DNA of 64,000 bases from assembly GCA_965116875.1 (NCBI GenBank), contig OZ220733.1, forward strand, positions 1,184,001 to 1,248,000. The letters run 5' to 3'. The stretch is from Candidatus Latescibacterota bacterium (GTDB lineage: Bacteria; Latescibacterota; UBA2968; GCA-2709665). The position numbers were made by a program, and so were the translations under genes. The number at the start of each line of letters is the position of its first letter. Position 1 is the stretch's first letter. Of the stretch, positions 1 through 10,692 are shown piece by piece. The notes below the pieces were generated by a model. It did no database searches. It was not told where the DNA came from and saw only the letters and a list, made by a program, of their open reading frames with translations.

Positions 1-299
1 AGAACCAGGAGCGGTGGTCGCGGTTCTCCCGGGCCAGGGCCGACGTACGCCTCGAGGCGCGGCGGGAGGACGACCGCGCCGTTTTTCTGACGATGGCCTC
101 CCCGGGCGACCTCGATGGACTCACGCTGCTGCTGCCCGATCGCGTGACCGGCGTCCGCTGCGGGGAAACGGGCGAAACCCTGGACGTCCGGGAGGTTGTG
201 TTGGAGGGACGGCCCCAGCGGGCGGTGTCCATGGATCTGTTCGCTGAAACGCCGCGTACCCTTCGAATGGAGACCGCGGCCTGTGGAGAAAAGGGATGA
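1..299 (+). CDS. 3' end of a gene entering from the left edge (hypothetical protein)
   Basis: Frame is open from position 3 (NQERWSRFSRAR...MASPGDLDGLTLLLP...) to TGA at 297-299, which overlaps the next ATG (ATGA). Confidence 0.7.
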   Translation, partial: NQERWSRFSRARADVRLEARREDDRAVFLTMASPGDLDGLTLLLPDRVTGVRCGETGETLDVREVVLEGRPQRAVSMDLFAETPRTLRMETAACGEKG

Positions 300-2311
300 A
301 ACGGAAGATACGCCGGACGGCCCTCCTGAATATTCAGAAAGTGAGTTACTCCCGCGACCATGTGGCGCGAATCAGGAGCGAGGGGTTCACGGATATCGGC
401 GTCTCCCTGAAGACGGGGGAGCGGAAATTCACGGGCCAGGGATTCGACTGGGAACAGGTGGGTCACTTCGGCGGGTGGGCGCTGGAGTTCGGCCTGGGGA
501 TGACCGTATTCACCGGCTATATGAAGTACCGGGAGACTTTTCTGCGTGAACATCCGGAACGGGCCATGGTTTGCGTCGGCGGTTCGGGTACCGCCCTGGA
601 CAGCGATCATCTTGTCCGCACCAGATGGCTGTGCCCGTTTCAACCGGAGAACAAAGCGGAATACCTGGATCTCCTGAGGAAAGTGATCGGGCTGCCGGCG
701 CTCCGGGAAATCCACCTCAACGACGAAGCCGCGATCGGGTTCGCAAACGGCGACGTCGGCTGCTATTGCGACTACTGCGTCGCCGAATACGAGAAGGAAA
801 CCGGGACACCGCCGCCTGCGGACTTCGACTGGGAGTCGGAGGCGTGGTGGGCCTGGGTGCAGCGCAGAATGGCGCGGTGGACCGGGGTCCATGCCTGGTT
901 CCGCGAGCAGATCCGGAAAGAACGCCCGGACGTCCTGGTGGGCATTCAGTATTCGCCGGTGGTCGTGTCCTTCAACGAAAACATCTGGCGCGCGGGGATC
1001 GATCTGTCACAGGACGCGCTGGCCCAGGACGTGCTCTGTACGGATCCCTATCACCACAACCACACGTCGCACTTCACCTATCGGCCAGCGCGCCGGATCC
1101 TGACCGAGGCAACCCGGACACTCGCCGGCGCTACGGTCAGGCGTTCACTGAATATCTATCCGCAGGCGTTCCGACCGCCCCTGGGCGGTCCGGAGTTGAC
1201 CCGCCGCGACGGTTTCATGGCCGGCGCCGTTCCCTATGCGCTCGGCGCGGACAACATCACGCCGTATTCCAACGATCTGGCGCGCATCATCCCCGGGTTT
1301 CTGGACGGATTCCACGAGGCGGGGAAACTCATTCCCTATTTCGAGAAGACGAGGCCCTGCGCGTCCGCGACCGTCATCAACCCCACGCAGACGGAAATCT
1401 ACGGGAATCCGGAAACCGGCTGGGGCAGGAAGGCGCTGGCGGTCTGGCCCGACGTGATGAACCAGGTGGGGCTGCCGTGGCGCTGGCACTTCGACGGCCG
1501 CCTCGCAGACGCCTGGGACGCGCTGGAAGGGCCGGCGATCCTGCCGGATGCCCACTGCCTGACGGGCGAACAGAGGGCCGTACTGCAGGCCTATGCCGCA
1601 TCGGGCAACGGATTGCTCCGGGTGGGGCGGACCCCCGACCGGGACTGGCCCGGAAACGGGCCATGTCCGCCCCCGGAGGGAGAGACCATCGACAGTGCGC
1701 AGTTGCGGCCCGCAAGACGGGACCATCCATTGCTGGAAGGCATTTCGCATCCCGTCATGCTGCAGCACGCGTTTTCCGAGCCGGGAATTGAAGGGGAGAT
1801 CCTCGGTGAGATCGATGGGAGGCCGGCGCTGGTCGTGAACGAGGAAGACGGCGGCCGGCAGGTCTGGCTGGCGGGGGTCCCGGAGTTCAGCTACGTGACG
1901 CCCGGAGACCACGGCGGCGTCCGGACGACCACGGACGGCATTCCGCTGCTGCGGAATATCCTGACGTGGCTGGCGCGGGACGAACCGGTTGCCCGCCTGC
2001 TACCCTACCCGCCGGACAACGCCTATCGGGACCTGCGCCCCTGGGACCGTCGCGACGTGCCGACGATGGAGCTGTTTCCGATGATGGGTGACGGCTGCCT
2101 GGTCTGCCTCATCTTCAACTACGTTGGGCTGGAATACCGGACGAACCTGGTGATGCGCGCGCCGGAAGGCGCACGGGTCGAGTCACTGAACAACATCTTC
2201 ACGGGCGCCGACGAACTGCCCGGCTGTGACGTTCGTGGAAGCGTGGTTTCGATGCCCGTGTGCATGTCGAACCAGACCGATTATCTGGCCGTGGAACTGA
2301 CATGGCGATGA
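296..2311 (+). CDS. GH42/beta-galactosidase-like TIM-barrel protein with trimerisation-like domain (paralog 1)
   Basis: 671 aa; motifs WLCPF, LNDEA, CYCxxC, DPYH; clearly homologous to 53824-55845 and more distantly to 45521-47623. Confidence 0.6.
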   Translation: MKRKIRRTALLNIQKVSYSRDHVARIRSEGFTDIGVSLKTGERKFTGQGFDWEQVGHFGGWALEFGLGMTVFTGYMKYRETFLREHPERAMVCVGGSGTALDSDHLVRTRWLCPFQPENKAEYLDLLRKVIGLPALREIHLNDEAAIGFANGDVGCYCDYCVAEYEKETGTPPPADFDWESEAWWAWVQRRMARWTGVHAWFREQIRKERPDVLVGIQYSPVVVSFNENIWRAGIDLSQDALAQDVLCTDPYHHNHTSHFTYRPARRILTEATRTLAGATVRRSLNIYPQAFRPPLGGPELTRRDGFMAGAVPYALGADNITPYSNDLARIIPGFLDGFHEAGKLIPYFEKTRPCASATVINPTQTEIYGNPETGWGRKALAVWPDVMNQVGLPWRWHFDGRLADAWDALEGPAILPDAHCLTGEQRAVLQAYAASGNGLLRVGRTPDRDWPGNGPCPPPEGETIDSAQLRPARRDHPLLEGISHPVMLQHAFSEPGIEGEILGEIDGRPALVVNEEDGGRQVWLAGVPEFSYVTPGDHGGVRTTTDGIPLLRNILTWLARDEPVARLLPYPPDNAYRDLRPWDRRDVPTMELFPMMGDGCLVCLIFNYVGLEYRTNLVMRAPEGARVESLNNIFTGADELPGCDVRGSVVSMPVCMSNQTDYLAVELTWR

Positions 2312-3435
2312 TACAGACCGTTGACGGCGGCATCCTTTCATGGCGGCGCGGGACGGGGGCGTTCATGCCCGCCATCACCCCGTTGTCCGATGGCACCCTG
2401 ATCGCCTGCCAGCACGTGGGCGAAAGCCTGGGATCCCCGGACAACCACATCGAAGTGCTTCGCTCCTCAGATGGGGCCGCAACCTGGGTGAACGAGGGCA
2501 GCATCCACGGCGCGGGGGCGGCGGAAGACGGCTGGAGTTACAGAAGCCCACACATCAGCGAGACGCCCGGAAACCGGCTGGTGATGACCGCGACTCGTTT
2601 CGAGATGCAGTCAGGAAAGCTGTTCGATCCGAATTCGGAGGTCCTGCAACGACCGGAAATGGTGCTGTTCCGGTCGGATGACGCGGGACACACCTGGACC
2701 ACGCCACAGGTCGTCCCCGTGGAACTGCCGCCGGAAAAATACACGTGCAATGGCGCCGGCGTACTCTTGCAACTCGCCCCGGACCGGTGGATGTACCCAC
2801 TGGAGACCTGGAAGCCGGAGGGGTACGCCGGGCCGCCAGACCAGAAGGCCGCGGCGGTCTTCTCCGCCGACCAGGGACGGACCTGGGGCGAGTTTACCGT
2901 GGTGGCCGACGATCCGTCGGGGGAGTTGCTCTGGTGGGACCAGATGAATACGGTGTTGCCGGACGGAAGAATCTACACCCTGCTCTGGACCCACGTTTAC
3001 GGGACGTCGGAGGACCTGCACAATCACTGGACCGTTTCGGAAGACGGCGGGCGGACGTGGTCGGCGCCACGGCCCACCAACCTGCGCGGACAGGTCTGCT
3101 CCCCCATCGCGCTGGTCGACGGGCGGGTGGCGGCCATCTACAATTTCCGGCACGAGCCGCAGGGCATACGCGTGGCGCTCAGCGAAGACCTGGAGACGTT
3201 CGATCTGGAGGGCCATGTCATTGTGTTCGACGCGGGGACCGAGGCCACCCTCGGTGAGCCGGAGACCGACAATTTCCTGGCCGAACACATGCAGATCGCC
3301 TTCGGAAAGCCCGGCGGTATCCGGCTTGACGACGGCGACCTGATGACGTATTTCTGGTGTACGGTCGGCGGCGTGACCCATACGCGCTGGGCGAGGTTGA
3401 GGGTCGACCAGACGACAACCGTAAATTGGAGATAG
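2308..3435 (+). CDS. Sialidase/BNR (Asp-box) beta-propeller protein
   Basis: Four Asp-boxes (SSDGAATW, SDDAGHTW, SADQGRTW, SEDGGRTW); the ATG at 2308 overlaps the upstream stop. Confidence 0.8.
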   Translation: MIQTVDGGILSWRRGTGAFMPAITPLSDGTLIACQHVGESLGSPDNHIEVLRSSDGAATWVNEGSIHGAGAAEDGWSYRSPHISETPGNRLVMTATRFEMQSGKLFDPNSEVLQRPEMVLFRSDDAGHTWTTPQVVPVELPPEKYTCNGAGVLLQLAPDRWMYPLETWKPEGYAGPPDQKAAAVFSADQGRTWGEFTVVADDPSGELLWWDQMNTVLPDGRIYTLLWTHVYGTSEDLHNHWTVSEDGGRTWSAPRPTNLRGQVCSPIALVDGRVAAIYNFRHEPQGIRVALSEDLETFDLEGHVIVFDAGTEATLGEPETDNFLAEHMQIAFGKPGGIRLDDGDLMTYFWCTVGGVTHTRWARLRVDQTTTVNWR

Positions 3436-3441
3436 AGAATT

Positions 3442-4521
3442 ATGAATGGACCGGACCAGGCGGAGACCCGTGTGGCCGCGGACGTGCTGGAAACATTCGT
3501 GCGCGACCTGTATCTGGCCGCCGGCGTGCCCCGCGAGGACGCGGAGACGATCGCCGGCGCGACCCTCTGCCAGGAAACCCGCGGCAATACGACCCACGGG
3601 CTACGGCTTGTCCATTTCAATCTTCGGGGGTTGGACGACGGCACGATCCGGGCCAACCCGGACCAGCCCGTCCTGAGCGATCGGGGCATGACCGCGGTGA
3701 TCGAAGGCGACCACGGCGTGGGGATCGTCGGTTGCATGAAAGGGATGCGGCTTGCCATACGGAAGGCCCGGGAGGGCGGTATCGGCATTGCCCTGATCGT
3801 ACGCAACAATCATTTTCTCGCCGCCGTACCGTATTGCTTGGAAGCGGCCAATGCCGGGATGATCGGCATGGCATTCTCGAACACCAAGGGATCCATGGGA
3901 TTTCCCGGCGCCCGCGGATCGGTGATCGGGAACACGCCGATGGGCTTCGGCATCCCGTCGGCCGGTGGTTTTCCCATCCTGTTCGACGCGTGCATGACCG
4001 CCTCGGGAGGCAGGATGCGGCAATGGATCCGGGAAGGCAAGCGGATTCCCCGGGATATTCAGGGCTTCGACCGGGAGGGCAGGCCCACGGACGACCCGCG
4101 GGCCGTAATCGGCGGCGGGACCACGATGCCGATCGGCGGCCACAAGGGCGCCGGACTGGCCATTCTGGTCGAGGCGTTGACGGGGGTGCTGGGCGGCGCT
4201 GCTTTCCTGAGCGATATCACGCCGCACGACCAGGCGGACAGGACGGACAAGACCCATGCGGTCAGCCATTGCTGCATCGCCATTGACGTCGCGGCGTTTA
4301 TGCCGGTGGCGGATTTCGAAGCGCGGATGGCGGACTTTGTCGCGGACCTCAAGGGCAGCCCCCTGGACGGCGGGTCCGATGAGATCCGGCTGCCCGGTGA
4401 GAGAATGGAGCGGACCCGGCGGGAATGCGAGATCCGCGGCGTGCCGCTGGAACCGGACGTGAAGCTGGAACTCGAGGATTGGGCAAACCGACTGGGCGTG
4501 CGTTTCCCGGATACGCTTTAG
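3442..4521 (+). CDS. Ldh_2 family (malate/L-lactate/ureidoglycolate dehydrogenase-like) oxidoreductase
   Basis: Motifs RGxxTHG, NNHF, GNTP, GGHKGAGL, IRLPGE. Confidence 0.88.
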   Translation: MNGPDQAETRVAADVLETFVRDLYLAAGVPREDAETIAGATLCQETRGNTTHGLRLVHFNLRGLDDGTIRANPDQPVLSDRGMTAVIEGDHGVGIVGCMKGMRLAIRKAREGGIGIALIVRNNHFLAAVPYCLEAANAGMIGMAFSNTKGSMGFPGARGSVIGNTPMGFGIPSAGGFPILFDACMTASGGRMRQWIREGKRIPRDIQGFDREGRPTDDPRAVIGGGTTMPIGGHKGAGLAILVEALTGVLGGAAFLSDITPHDQADRTDKTHAVSHCCIAIDVAAFMPVADFEARMADFVADLKGSPLDGGSDEIRLPGERMERTRRECEIRGVPLEPDVKLELEDWANRLGVRFPDTL

Positions 4522-4536
4522 TGCACCGCCGACACA

Positions 4537-5046
4537 ATGCGTGAAGATATGGATGACAGATACCGGATTCGAGGCGCAACCGATGATGACCTGGACCGTA
4601 TTGGCGAGATCATTCGCCAGGCGTGGGAGCCGATATTTGGACTGCACGAAGAAAACTGGGGCGAGGAGCTCTTCGACGTCCTCTATGCGAACTGGCCGGA
4701 GAACATCAGGGCCAGCGTGAGGCGCCATCTGGCGGAGCACCCGGAATGGGCGTTCGTCGTCGAGCCGCTTGAGAACGGCGAGGTGGCAGGTTTCATCACC
4801 TATCTTCTGGATACGAAGAAAGGGATCGGAATCGTCGGACTGAACGCCGTCGCTGCCGGATTGCAGGGGCAGGGGATCGGGACCATGATGTACAACTTCG
4901 TGATGGACCGGTTCCGGAAGGCGGGGCTGAAATACGCCCAGGTGCGAACCGGCCTGAACGATGCGCAAACCGGCGCCAGGAGGGCTTACGAGAAGGCGGG
5001 GTTCAACATCGAGCGCAAAGAGGTCGTCTATTACGCGTACCTGTGA
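4537..5046 (+). CDS. GNAT family N-acetyltransferase
   Basis: Acetyl-CoA motif QGQGIG and C-terminal ARRAYEKAGF. Confidence 0.88.
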   Translation: MREDMDDRYRIRGATDDDLDRIGEIIRQAWEPIFGLHEENWGEELFDVLYANWPENIRASVRRHLAEHPEWAFVVEPLENGEVAGFITYLLDTKKGIGIVGLNAVAAGLQGQGIGTMMYNFVMDRFRKAGLKYAQVRTGLNDAQTGARRAYEKAGFNIERKEVVYYAYL

Positions 5047-5057
5047 AAGGACCGGGT

Positions 5058-6125
5058 ATGGACAGATACACCTTTGCGGGAGGTCCTGCCGAAGCGGGGC
5101 GGGCGCAGGGCGCGCTCGATCCCAAATACGCCCGGCGCGAACTTGAGAAGAGGCTGGAGCAGCCCCAGGACTTCGAGGATAAGTACTTCCGTGAGAACAT
5201 GGCTTTCATGCGGCGGGAATTCCCGGAACTCGTGACACAGATGGAGGCGTACGGCGAAGCGGCAGGGATTGAGAACTTCGACCATACGTATCTGCTGCAC
5301 GTCTATTTCGCCGCCGCCGACCTGAACGGTTGTTCGGCGCTTGGGATCGTGCTGAAAGACGACGGTCCGGCGATGCTCAGGACCTACGATACGAGCTCGA
5401 TCGGCAGGGTCGAGGACTTCGTGAAGGACAAGATCCTGATCGGACTGCCGGACGGCAGGCCGCACGGGCTGGCCGGCATCGGGGAGCGGTTCGGCGTCAC
5501 CGTCGGCACGGCGATCAACGATGCGGGGCTGCTTGTGGGCTGCGCATCGGGTCACCGGAAGTTCAACCCGGGCGCCAACCCCGAACACGTCAATCTCTAT
5601 TTCACCACGCACCTGCTCGCTCAATATTGCGCCAAATGTGACGATGTCAGGCATTTCCTCCGGCAGTACCGGGTCTCGGGGATCAAGGGGCTGACGGGCG
5701 TGGCGGTAGACGCGGCGGGTGATATGGTCGGGTTCGAACTGGAATCGGAGAATATCGCCCTTCGGGGACCGGAAAACGGAGTGGTTCTCGAGACCAACCA
5801 CTGGCAGGACCCCGAGCTCCAGCGCCCGTCGCGCGAGGCCGATCCGGACTGGTGGGCCAGCGCCTCGTATTACAACTCACAGAACCGGGTCCAGTACCTG
5901 GCCTGCCACCGGGATGCGTTCGAAGAAATGCGCACCGTGAGCGAACTGACCGGTTTTTCGTTCGACGTGCACGCGCCGGGCAGAATTCTGCAAAGCCCGG
6001 AAACCAATATCGGTGGCTGGTTCACCACCCACGCGATCTTCATGACGTCGCGAGACAGGAAGCTGCGGGTCCACCGGTATCCGCTGGAGAAGGACGGGTT
6101 TACGGAAATGACGTATGGTGCGTGA
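5058..6125 (+). CDS. Peptidase C45 / acyl-CoA:6-APA acyltransferase-like Ntn-hydrolase (paralog 1)
   Basis: GCS nucleophile site, AINDAGL, ETNHW; paralog of 10693-11757. Confidence 0.72.
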   Translation: MDRYTFAGGPAEAGRAQGALDPKYARRELEKRLEQPQDFEDKYFRENMAFMRREFPELVTQMEAYGEAAGIENFDHTYLLHVYFAAADLNGCSALGIVLKDDGPAMLRTYDTSSIGRVEDFVKDKILIGLPDGRPHGLAGIGERFGVTVGTAINDAGLLVGCASGHRKFNPGANPEHVNLYFTTHLLAQYCAKCDDVRHFLRQYRVSGIKGLTGVAVDAAGDMVGFELESENIALRGPENGVVLETNHWQDPELQRPSREADPDWWASASYYNSQNRVQYLACHRDAFEEMRTVSELTGFSFDVHAPGRILQSPETNIGGWFTTHAIFMTSRDRKLRVHRYPLEKDGFTEMTYGA

Positions 6126-6190
6126 GGGAAACCGCGATACGGAAGGATAGACGGTGGGAATATTCATTCGTGGAGAGCAACGTGGACAGG

Positions 6191-7681
6191 ATGAACACGA
6201 ATGCCGGCAGCGCGGATGGGTTTCTTCTGATGGACGGGATCGAGTCGGTACATCATGTCACGCAAACCGTGTGCGAAGCGGAAAAACATCCGCTGAATCC
6301 CGTACTGCCCGTGGGCGACTCCCACGAGTGGGATTCCACGCACTGCGCGCCGTGGTCCTCGCCCACAGTGATCTACGACGAAGAAGACGGGCTGTTCAAA
6401 GCCTGGTACGCGGGCTCGGACATCGCAACGTCGAAGTGGTGGGCGATGGGGTACGCCGTCAGCGAGGACGGGATCAACTGGCACAAACCCGAACTGGGCC
6501 TGTACGAGTACAACGGAAGCAAGAAGAACAACATTGTCCTGGACGGGCGCGGACCAATCATCAAGGACGATACCGAGCCGGACCCGAACAGGCGATTCAA
6601 GGGGATCAAGCGCAGCTTCGGGGGACAGAAAGTCTACGCCTGCAGGGGCGCCCGGGCCAACTATTCGCCCGACGGCATCCACTGGACCGAGGGCCCGACC
6701 ATCGACCTTCCGGAGTGGTTTCGCGGACCGCCCGATATCGGCGTTCTCGTCCGCGACGACCAGGACCCGGATCCCTCACGCCGGTACAAGACCGTCTTCC
6801 AGGAGATGATACCGTTCGACAAGCCGGACATCAAGCGGAACGCCGATCGGTACCGCGGCCTCGGACGCGCCAAGATTCTGGCGTACGGTCCGGACGTCGA
6901 GAACTTCCGGAGGGCGGAAGAGAACCCTCTGCTCTCCCCCGCCGACGGTCTCGAGTACGAAGACCATCACATCATGATGTCGCCGTACGGCGGCGCCTGG
7001 ATCATCTGCTATGAGTACGGCTGGTACGTCCCCAACGGTTACGGACGTTACGGGATGTACTCGGCCGACATCCGCCTGGCGGTGAGCGGCGACGGGCTCA
7101 ATTTCGATCGCGTCAATCCCCACCAGAAGGTCATCGCCCGCGGCGCCCACGGCGAGTGGGACGGGGGCCTGCTCATCATTACGGATAAACCGGTCGTCAA
7201 GGACGGGACCATCTACCTGTTCTATGGCGGGTCGGGAGAAGAGTTCACGAGTTGGCCGCCGGAGAACGAGGTCCCGGAGTTCATCCATGAGATGGGGAGC
7301 GGGAGCGCGCGCATGGCGCGGATGGGCCTGGCCACGCTTCGCGAGGATGGTTTTACGTGCCTGGAGACCCCGGACCGCGAGACGCCCGGACACGCGACCA
7401 CCGCGCCGCTGGCGCTGACCGACCGTTCGACCGAATTGACGGTCAACGTGGGCGACGTCCGGCGCAACCGCAACTGGCTCGAAGTGGAGGTACTCGACGC
7501 GGATTCCCGCGAGCCGGTCCCGGGATACACACGCGGGGACTGCAACGATATTGACGTCGACGGGTTGCGGCGCCGCGTCACGTGGGGCGACCGACGACTT
7601 GCCGGCATCGGCCGGGACCGCTTCAGGCTTCGCTTCCATCTGTATGGCGCGGCCCGGCTGTACGGATACCGATTCGTCTGA
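6191..7681 (+). CDS. Five-bladed beta-propeller glycosidase-like protein (GH32/43/130 clan-like)
   Basis: Motifs KHPLNPVL, FKAWY, YAVSEDGINWHKP, SPDGIHW, LATLREDGF and a C-terminal beta-sandwich; start estimated. Confidence 0.7.
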   Translation: MNTNAGSADGFLLMDGIESVHHVTQTVCEAEKHPLNPVLPVGDSHEWDSTHCAPWSSPTVIYDEEDGLFKAWYAGSDIATSKWWAMGYAVSEDGINWHKPELGLYEYNGSKKNNIVLDGRGPIIKDDTEPDPNRRFKGIKRSFGGQKVYACRGARANYSPDGIHWTEGPTIDLPEWFRGPPDIGVLVRDDQDPDPSRRYKTVFQEMIPFDKPDIKRNADRYRGLGRAKILAYGPDVENFRRAEENPLLSPADGLEYEDHHIMMSPYGGAWIICYEYGWYVPNGYGRYGMYSADIRLAVSGDGLNFDRVNPHQKVIARGAHGEWDGGLLIITDKPVVKDGTIYLFYGGSGEEFTSWPPENEVPEFIHEMGSGSARMARMGLATLREDGFTCLETPDRETPGHATTAPLALTDRSTELTVNVGDVRRNRNWLEVEVLDADSREPVPGYTRGDCNDIDVDGLRRRVTWGDRRLAGIGRDRFRLRFHLYGAARLYGYRFV

Positions 7682-7711
7682 GGCACATCGTCAACTTAAA
7701 GGTGAATTCCT

Positions 7712-9541
7712 ATGGGCGAACCCCATACCGCTGACGTTATCGTGGCAAGGGACGTGATGGTCCCGATGCGGGACGGTGTGCGCCTGGCCACCGACCTCTA
7801 CTTCCCGGGAGAGGTCGCAAGTCGGCGAACCGGGCCCTTTCCGGCGGTCCTCGAGAGAACGCCTTACAACAAGAACGGCGGTTCGTCCGCGGCGAGCTTC
7901 TTCGCGCGGCACGGTTATCTGGCTGCCGTACAGGACTGCCGGGGACGCTATGGATCCGAGGGCGTGTTCTTCCCGTTCAGGGACGACCCGGAAGACGGGT
8001 ACGACACCATCGAGTGGATTGCCGATCATCCGTCGTGCAACGGAAGGGTGGGCATGCACGGGTGTTCGTACGATGCGTGGGTGCAGTTCCACGCGGCCAC
8101 GCAGAATCCCCCGTCCCTGGCGACAATGATCCCATTCGAAGGGCCCATCAACGCGTATCATTACAGCATGCGCGAGGGCGGCGCACTGCATCTCGGCCTC
8201 CTGAACTGGGCGGTCCGGATGGCGGCCACGGGCCACGAGGCGCACGCGGACCCGGCGATTGTCGAAGCCATACAGACCATGTCCGCAGATGGGCAGAACT
8301 TCCTGGAGTGGGCGTCCCGAATCCCCTGGCGTCGCGGTCAGACGCCGCTGGCGGCGGCGCCGCAGTACGAGGACGCGGTCTTCCAGCTCTATTTCGAGAA
8401 CAACGACTATACGGAGTTCTGGCGGCAGCCGGGATTCGCCATGGACGAGTATTTCGATTCGTTTCCCGACGTGCCCATCCTCTGGATGGTGGGCTGGTTC
8501 GACTGGTATCCCCGCACCATCATCGACGGGTTCCGGAAGATGGTGAGCATGGGACGCGGGAATCAGCACCTGCTGGTGGGTCCCTGGACCCACGGCAACT
8601 GCGAGCCGTCCTGCGGCGACGTACACTTCGGTCCGGAGGGCGGCCTCCACTTCCATGAGGATTTCCACAACCTCTACCTGCAGTGGTTCAACCGGTGGCT
8701 CAAGGAGGATTCCGGGGTGGACGTGGGAAGCGCGGTGCGGATGTTCCGGATGGGCGGAGGCGACGGCAGCCGCGACAGGGACGGGCTCCTGCAGCACGGC
8801 GGGAAGTGGTTCGGCGTGGATGGCTGGCCGCCGGAGGGCGCGCGCGAGACGCCGTACTATGTCCACGAGAACGGGTTCCTGTCCCCCGAAGCCCCCTCGG
8901 AGGAAAACGCCTCGACAACGTATACCTGCGACCCGCGCAATACGGTGTCCAGCAACGGCCGGTGTATCATCCCGTATGGTCCGATGAAGGAAGGGTGGTT
9001 CAAGGGGATGGGGCCCCGCGACCAGATTGAGATCGAGACCCTTCCCGGCCATGGCATCCCCGGCATGCCCATTGCCTCGCGGCCCGACGTGCTGGTCTTT
9101 CAAACCGCCCCGCTTGACGCGGACCTGTCGGTCGCCGGGAACGTCAGGGGGGTACTCTGGATATCATCCGACACTCCTGATACCGATTTTTTCGTGAAGC
9201 TGCTCGACGTGTATCCCCCGAGCCGGGACGATCCGACGGGGTACGCCTTCCCGGTTTCCGAAGGCATCCTCCGGGCGCGTTACCGGGACAGCTTCGAACG
9301 GCCGCGACCGATGGAACCTGGAAACGTGTATCGCATCGAAATCGACATGCAGCCGACCGCCAACCTGTTCCGGGCGGGTCATCGCATCCGCATGGATATC
9401 TGCAGCAGCAACTTTCCCAACTACGATATCAACCGGAACACGGGCGATCCGGACGACAGAGACTGGCGCATCGCCCGGAATACCGTCTATCACGAGGCCG
9501 GCCGCGCCTCGTACGTTCAATTGCCTGTCTGGAAGTCGTGA
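7712..9541 (+). CDS. CocE/NonD family hydrolase (peptidase S15)
   Basis: Motifs VPMRDGVRLATD, RTPY, QDCRGRYGSEG, GCSY nucleophile, GPWTH, SSNFP. Confidence 0.93.
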   Translation: MGEPHTADVIVARDVMVPMRDGVRLATDLYFPGEVASRRTGPFPAVLERTPYNKNGGSSAASFFARHGYLAAVQDCRGRYGSEGVFFPFRDDPEDGYDTIEWIADHPSCNGRVGMHGCSYDAWVQFHAATQNPPSLATMIPFEGPINAYHYSMREGGALHLGLLNWAVRMAATGHEAHADPAIVEAIQTMSADGQNFLEWASRIPWRRGQTPLAAAPQYEDAVFQLYFENNDYTEFWRQPGFAMDEYFDSFPDVPILWMVGWFDWYPRTIIDGFRKMVSMGRGNQHLLVGPWTHGNCEPSCGDVHFGPEGGLHFHEDFHNLYLQWFNRWLKEDSGVDVGSAVRMFRMGGGDGSRDRDGLLQHGGKWFGVDGWPPEGARETPYYVHENGFLSPEAPSEENASTTYTCDPRNTVSSNGRCIIPYGPMKEGWFKGMGPRDQIEIETLPGHGIPGMPIASRPDVLVFQTAPLDADLSVAGNVRGVLWISSDTPDTDFFVKLLDVYPPSRDDPTGYAFPVSEGILRARYRDSFERPRPMEPGNVYRIEIDMQPTANLFRAGHRIRMDICSSNFPNYDINRNTGDPDDRDWRIARNTVYHEAGRASYVQLPVWKS

Positions 9542-9552
9542 GAGGAGAATCG

Positions 9553-10614
9553 ATGTCCGACAGCGCAGGACCTGGACCGAAGACCGCGAAAATCGCGGGT
9601 AGAGAGATGCTTTGCATGGATGTCCCGGGAGCACCCGTTGAGGTGTCGGGCTTTCCCTGGCTGGATCGGGAGAGACGGTTCTGCCGGCTGCCCTCAGCCG
9701 CCCTGCCGGACATGAGCGATGCCGTCCGGAGGCTGGCCTGGTGCACCTCGGGCGGAATGGCGCGCTTCAGGTCGGATTCCCGCACGATCGCCATCCGGGT
9801 GGAGTTGGCGGAAGTCGTGGACATGCCGCACATGCCGCGGTCCGGAAACTCCGGATTCGACATTTACGTGGGGACCGGGGCCGGGAAGCGGTTCATCAAC
9901 GCCGCCAGGCCGCCCCTGAACGAGCGGGCATACGAAACGCTCCTGGTGGATGGCGGGGACGGCGGCATGAGGGAGTGGACGCTCAATTTCCCGGTTTACA
10001 ACGGCGTCACCCAGGTTGTTCTGGGGTTGGATCCGGGCGCAAGAATCGAACCGCCCTCCCGGTTCACGGTCGAGAAGCCGCTACTCTTCTACGGTTCCTC
10101 GATCACGCACGGAGGCTGTGCGTCCCGCCCCGGGAACACCTATCCCAATATCCTGTCGCGCTGGCTGGATGCGAGCCTGATCAACTTCGGCTTCAGCGGG
10201 AGCGCCCGGGCCGAACCGGCCATGGCACGTCTGATCGCAACGGTGGACATGCGTGTGTTTGTGATGGACTACGACCACAATGCGCCAACCGCCGACTATC
10301 TGGAGCAGACGCACGAAGCGTTCTTCCGGATTGTGAGGGATGCCCGCCCCGAGCTTCCCGTTGTGATCGTGTCGAGCCCTTCCATCAATGCCAATCCGTC
10401 ACGCTGGACGGAGAGGCGAGAGATCATTCGCGGGACGTACGCGAACGCCTTGAAGCGGGGAGATACCAGGGTCTGGTTTGTGGATGGGGAGACCCTTTTC
10501 GGCGATACCGATCAGGATGCGTGTACCGTCGACGGGGTTCACCCGAACGACCTGGGATTCCTGCGCATGGCCAAAACGATTCGTCCATCGGTCGAGGCCG
10601 CCTTGCTGGAATGA
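9553..10614 (+). CDS. SGNH/GDSL hydrolase with GxDLY-type N-terminal domain
   Basis: Motifs GFDIY, YGSSIT, NFGFSG, DYDHN, DGVHP; RBS GAGGAG. Confidence 0.9.
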   Translation: MSDSAGPGPKTAKIAGREMLCMDVPGAPVEVSGFPWLDRERRFCRLPSAALPDMSDAVRRLAWCTSGGMARFRSDSRTIAIRVELAEVVDMPHMPRSGNSGFDIYVGTGAGKRFINAARPPLNERAYETLLVDGGDGGMREWTLNFPVYNGVTQVVLGLDPGARIEPPSRFTVEKPLLFYGSSITHGGCASRPGNTYPNILSRWLDASLINFGFSGSARAEPAMARLIATVDMRVFVMDYDHNAPTADYLEQTHEAFFRIVRDARPELPVVIVSSPSINANPSRWTERREIIRGTYANALKRGDTRVWFVDGETLFGDTDQDACTVDGVHPNDLGFLRMAKTIRPSVEAALLE

Positions 10615-10692
10615 ATCGTCGAACGAGATTGGGCCTACGTCGGGAAGCGGAAACCCGGACGACAGAAGCATTGTCCAGAAAAGGAGACGCAA

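Noticed and set aside
571-9103. Long overlapping or antisense ORFs (e.g. 571-1791, 3601-4968, 7691-9103)
   Set aside because: Arg/Pro/Gly-rich shadow frames of well-supported genes in GC-rich DNA; no motifs.
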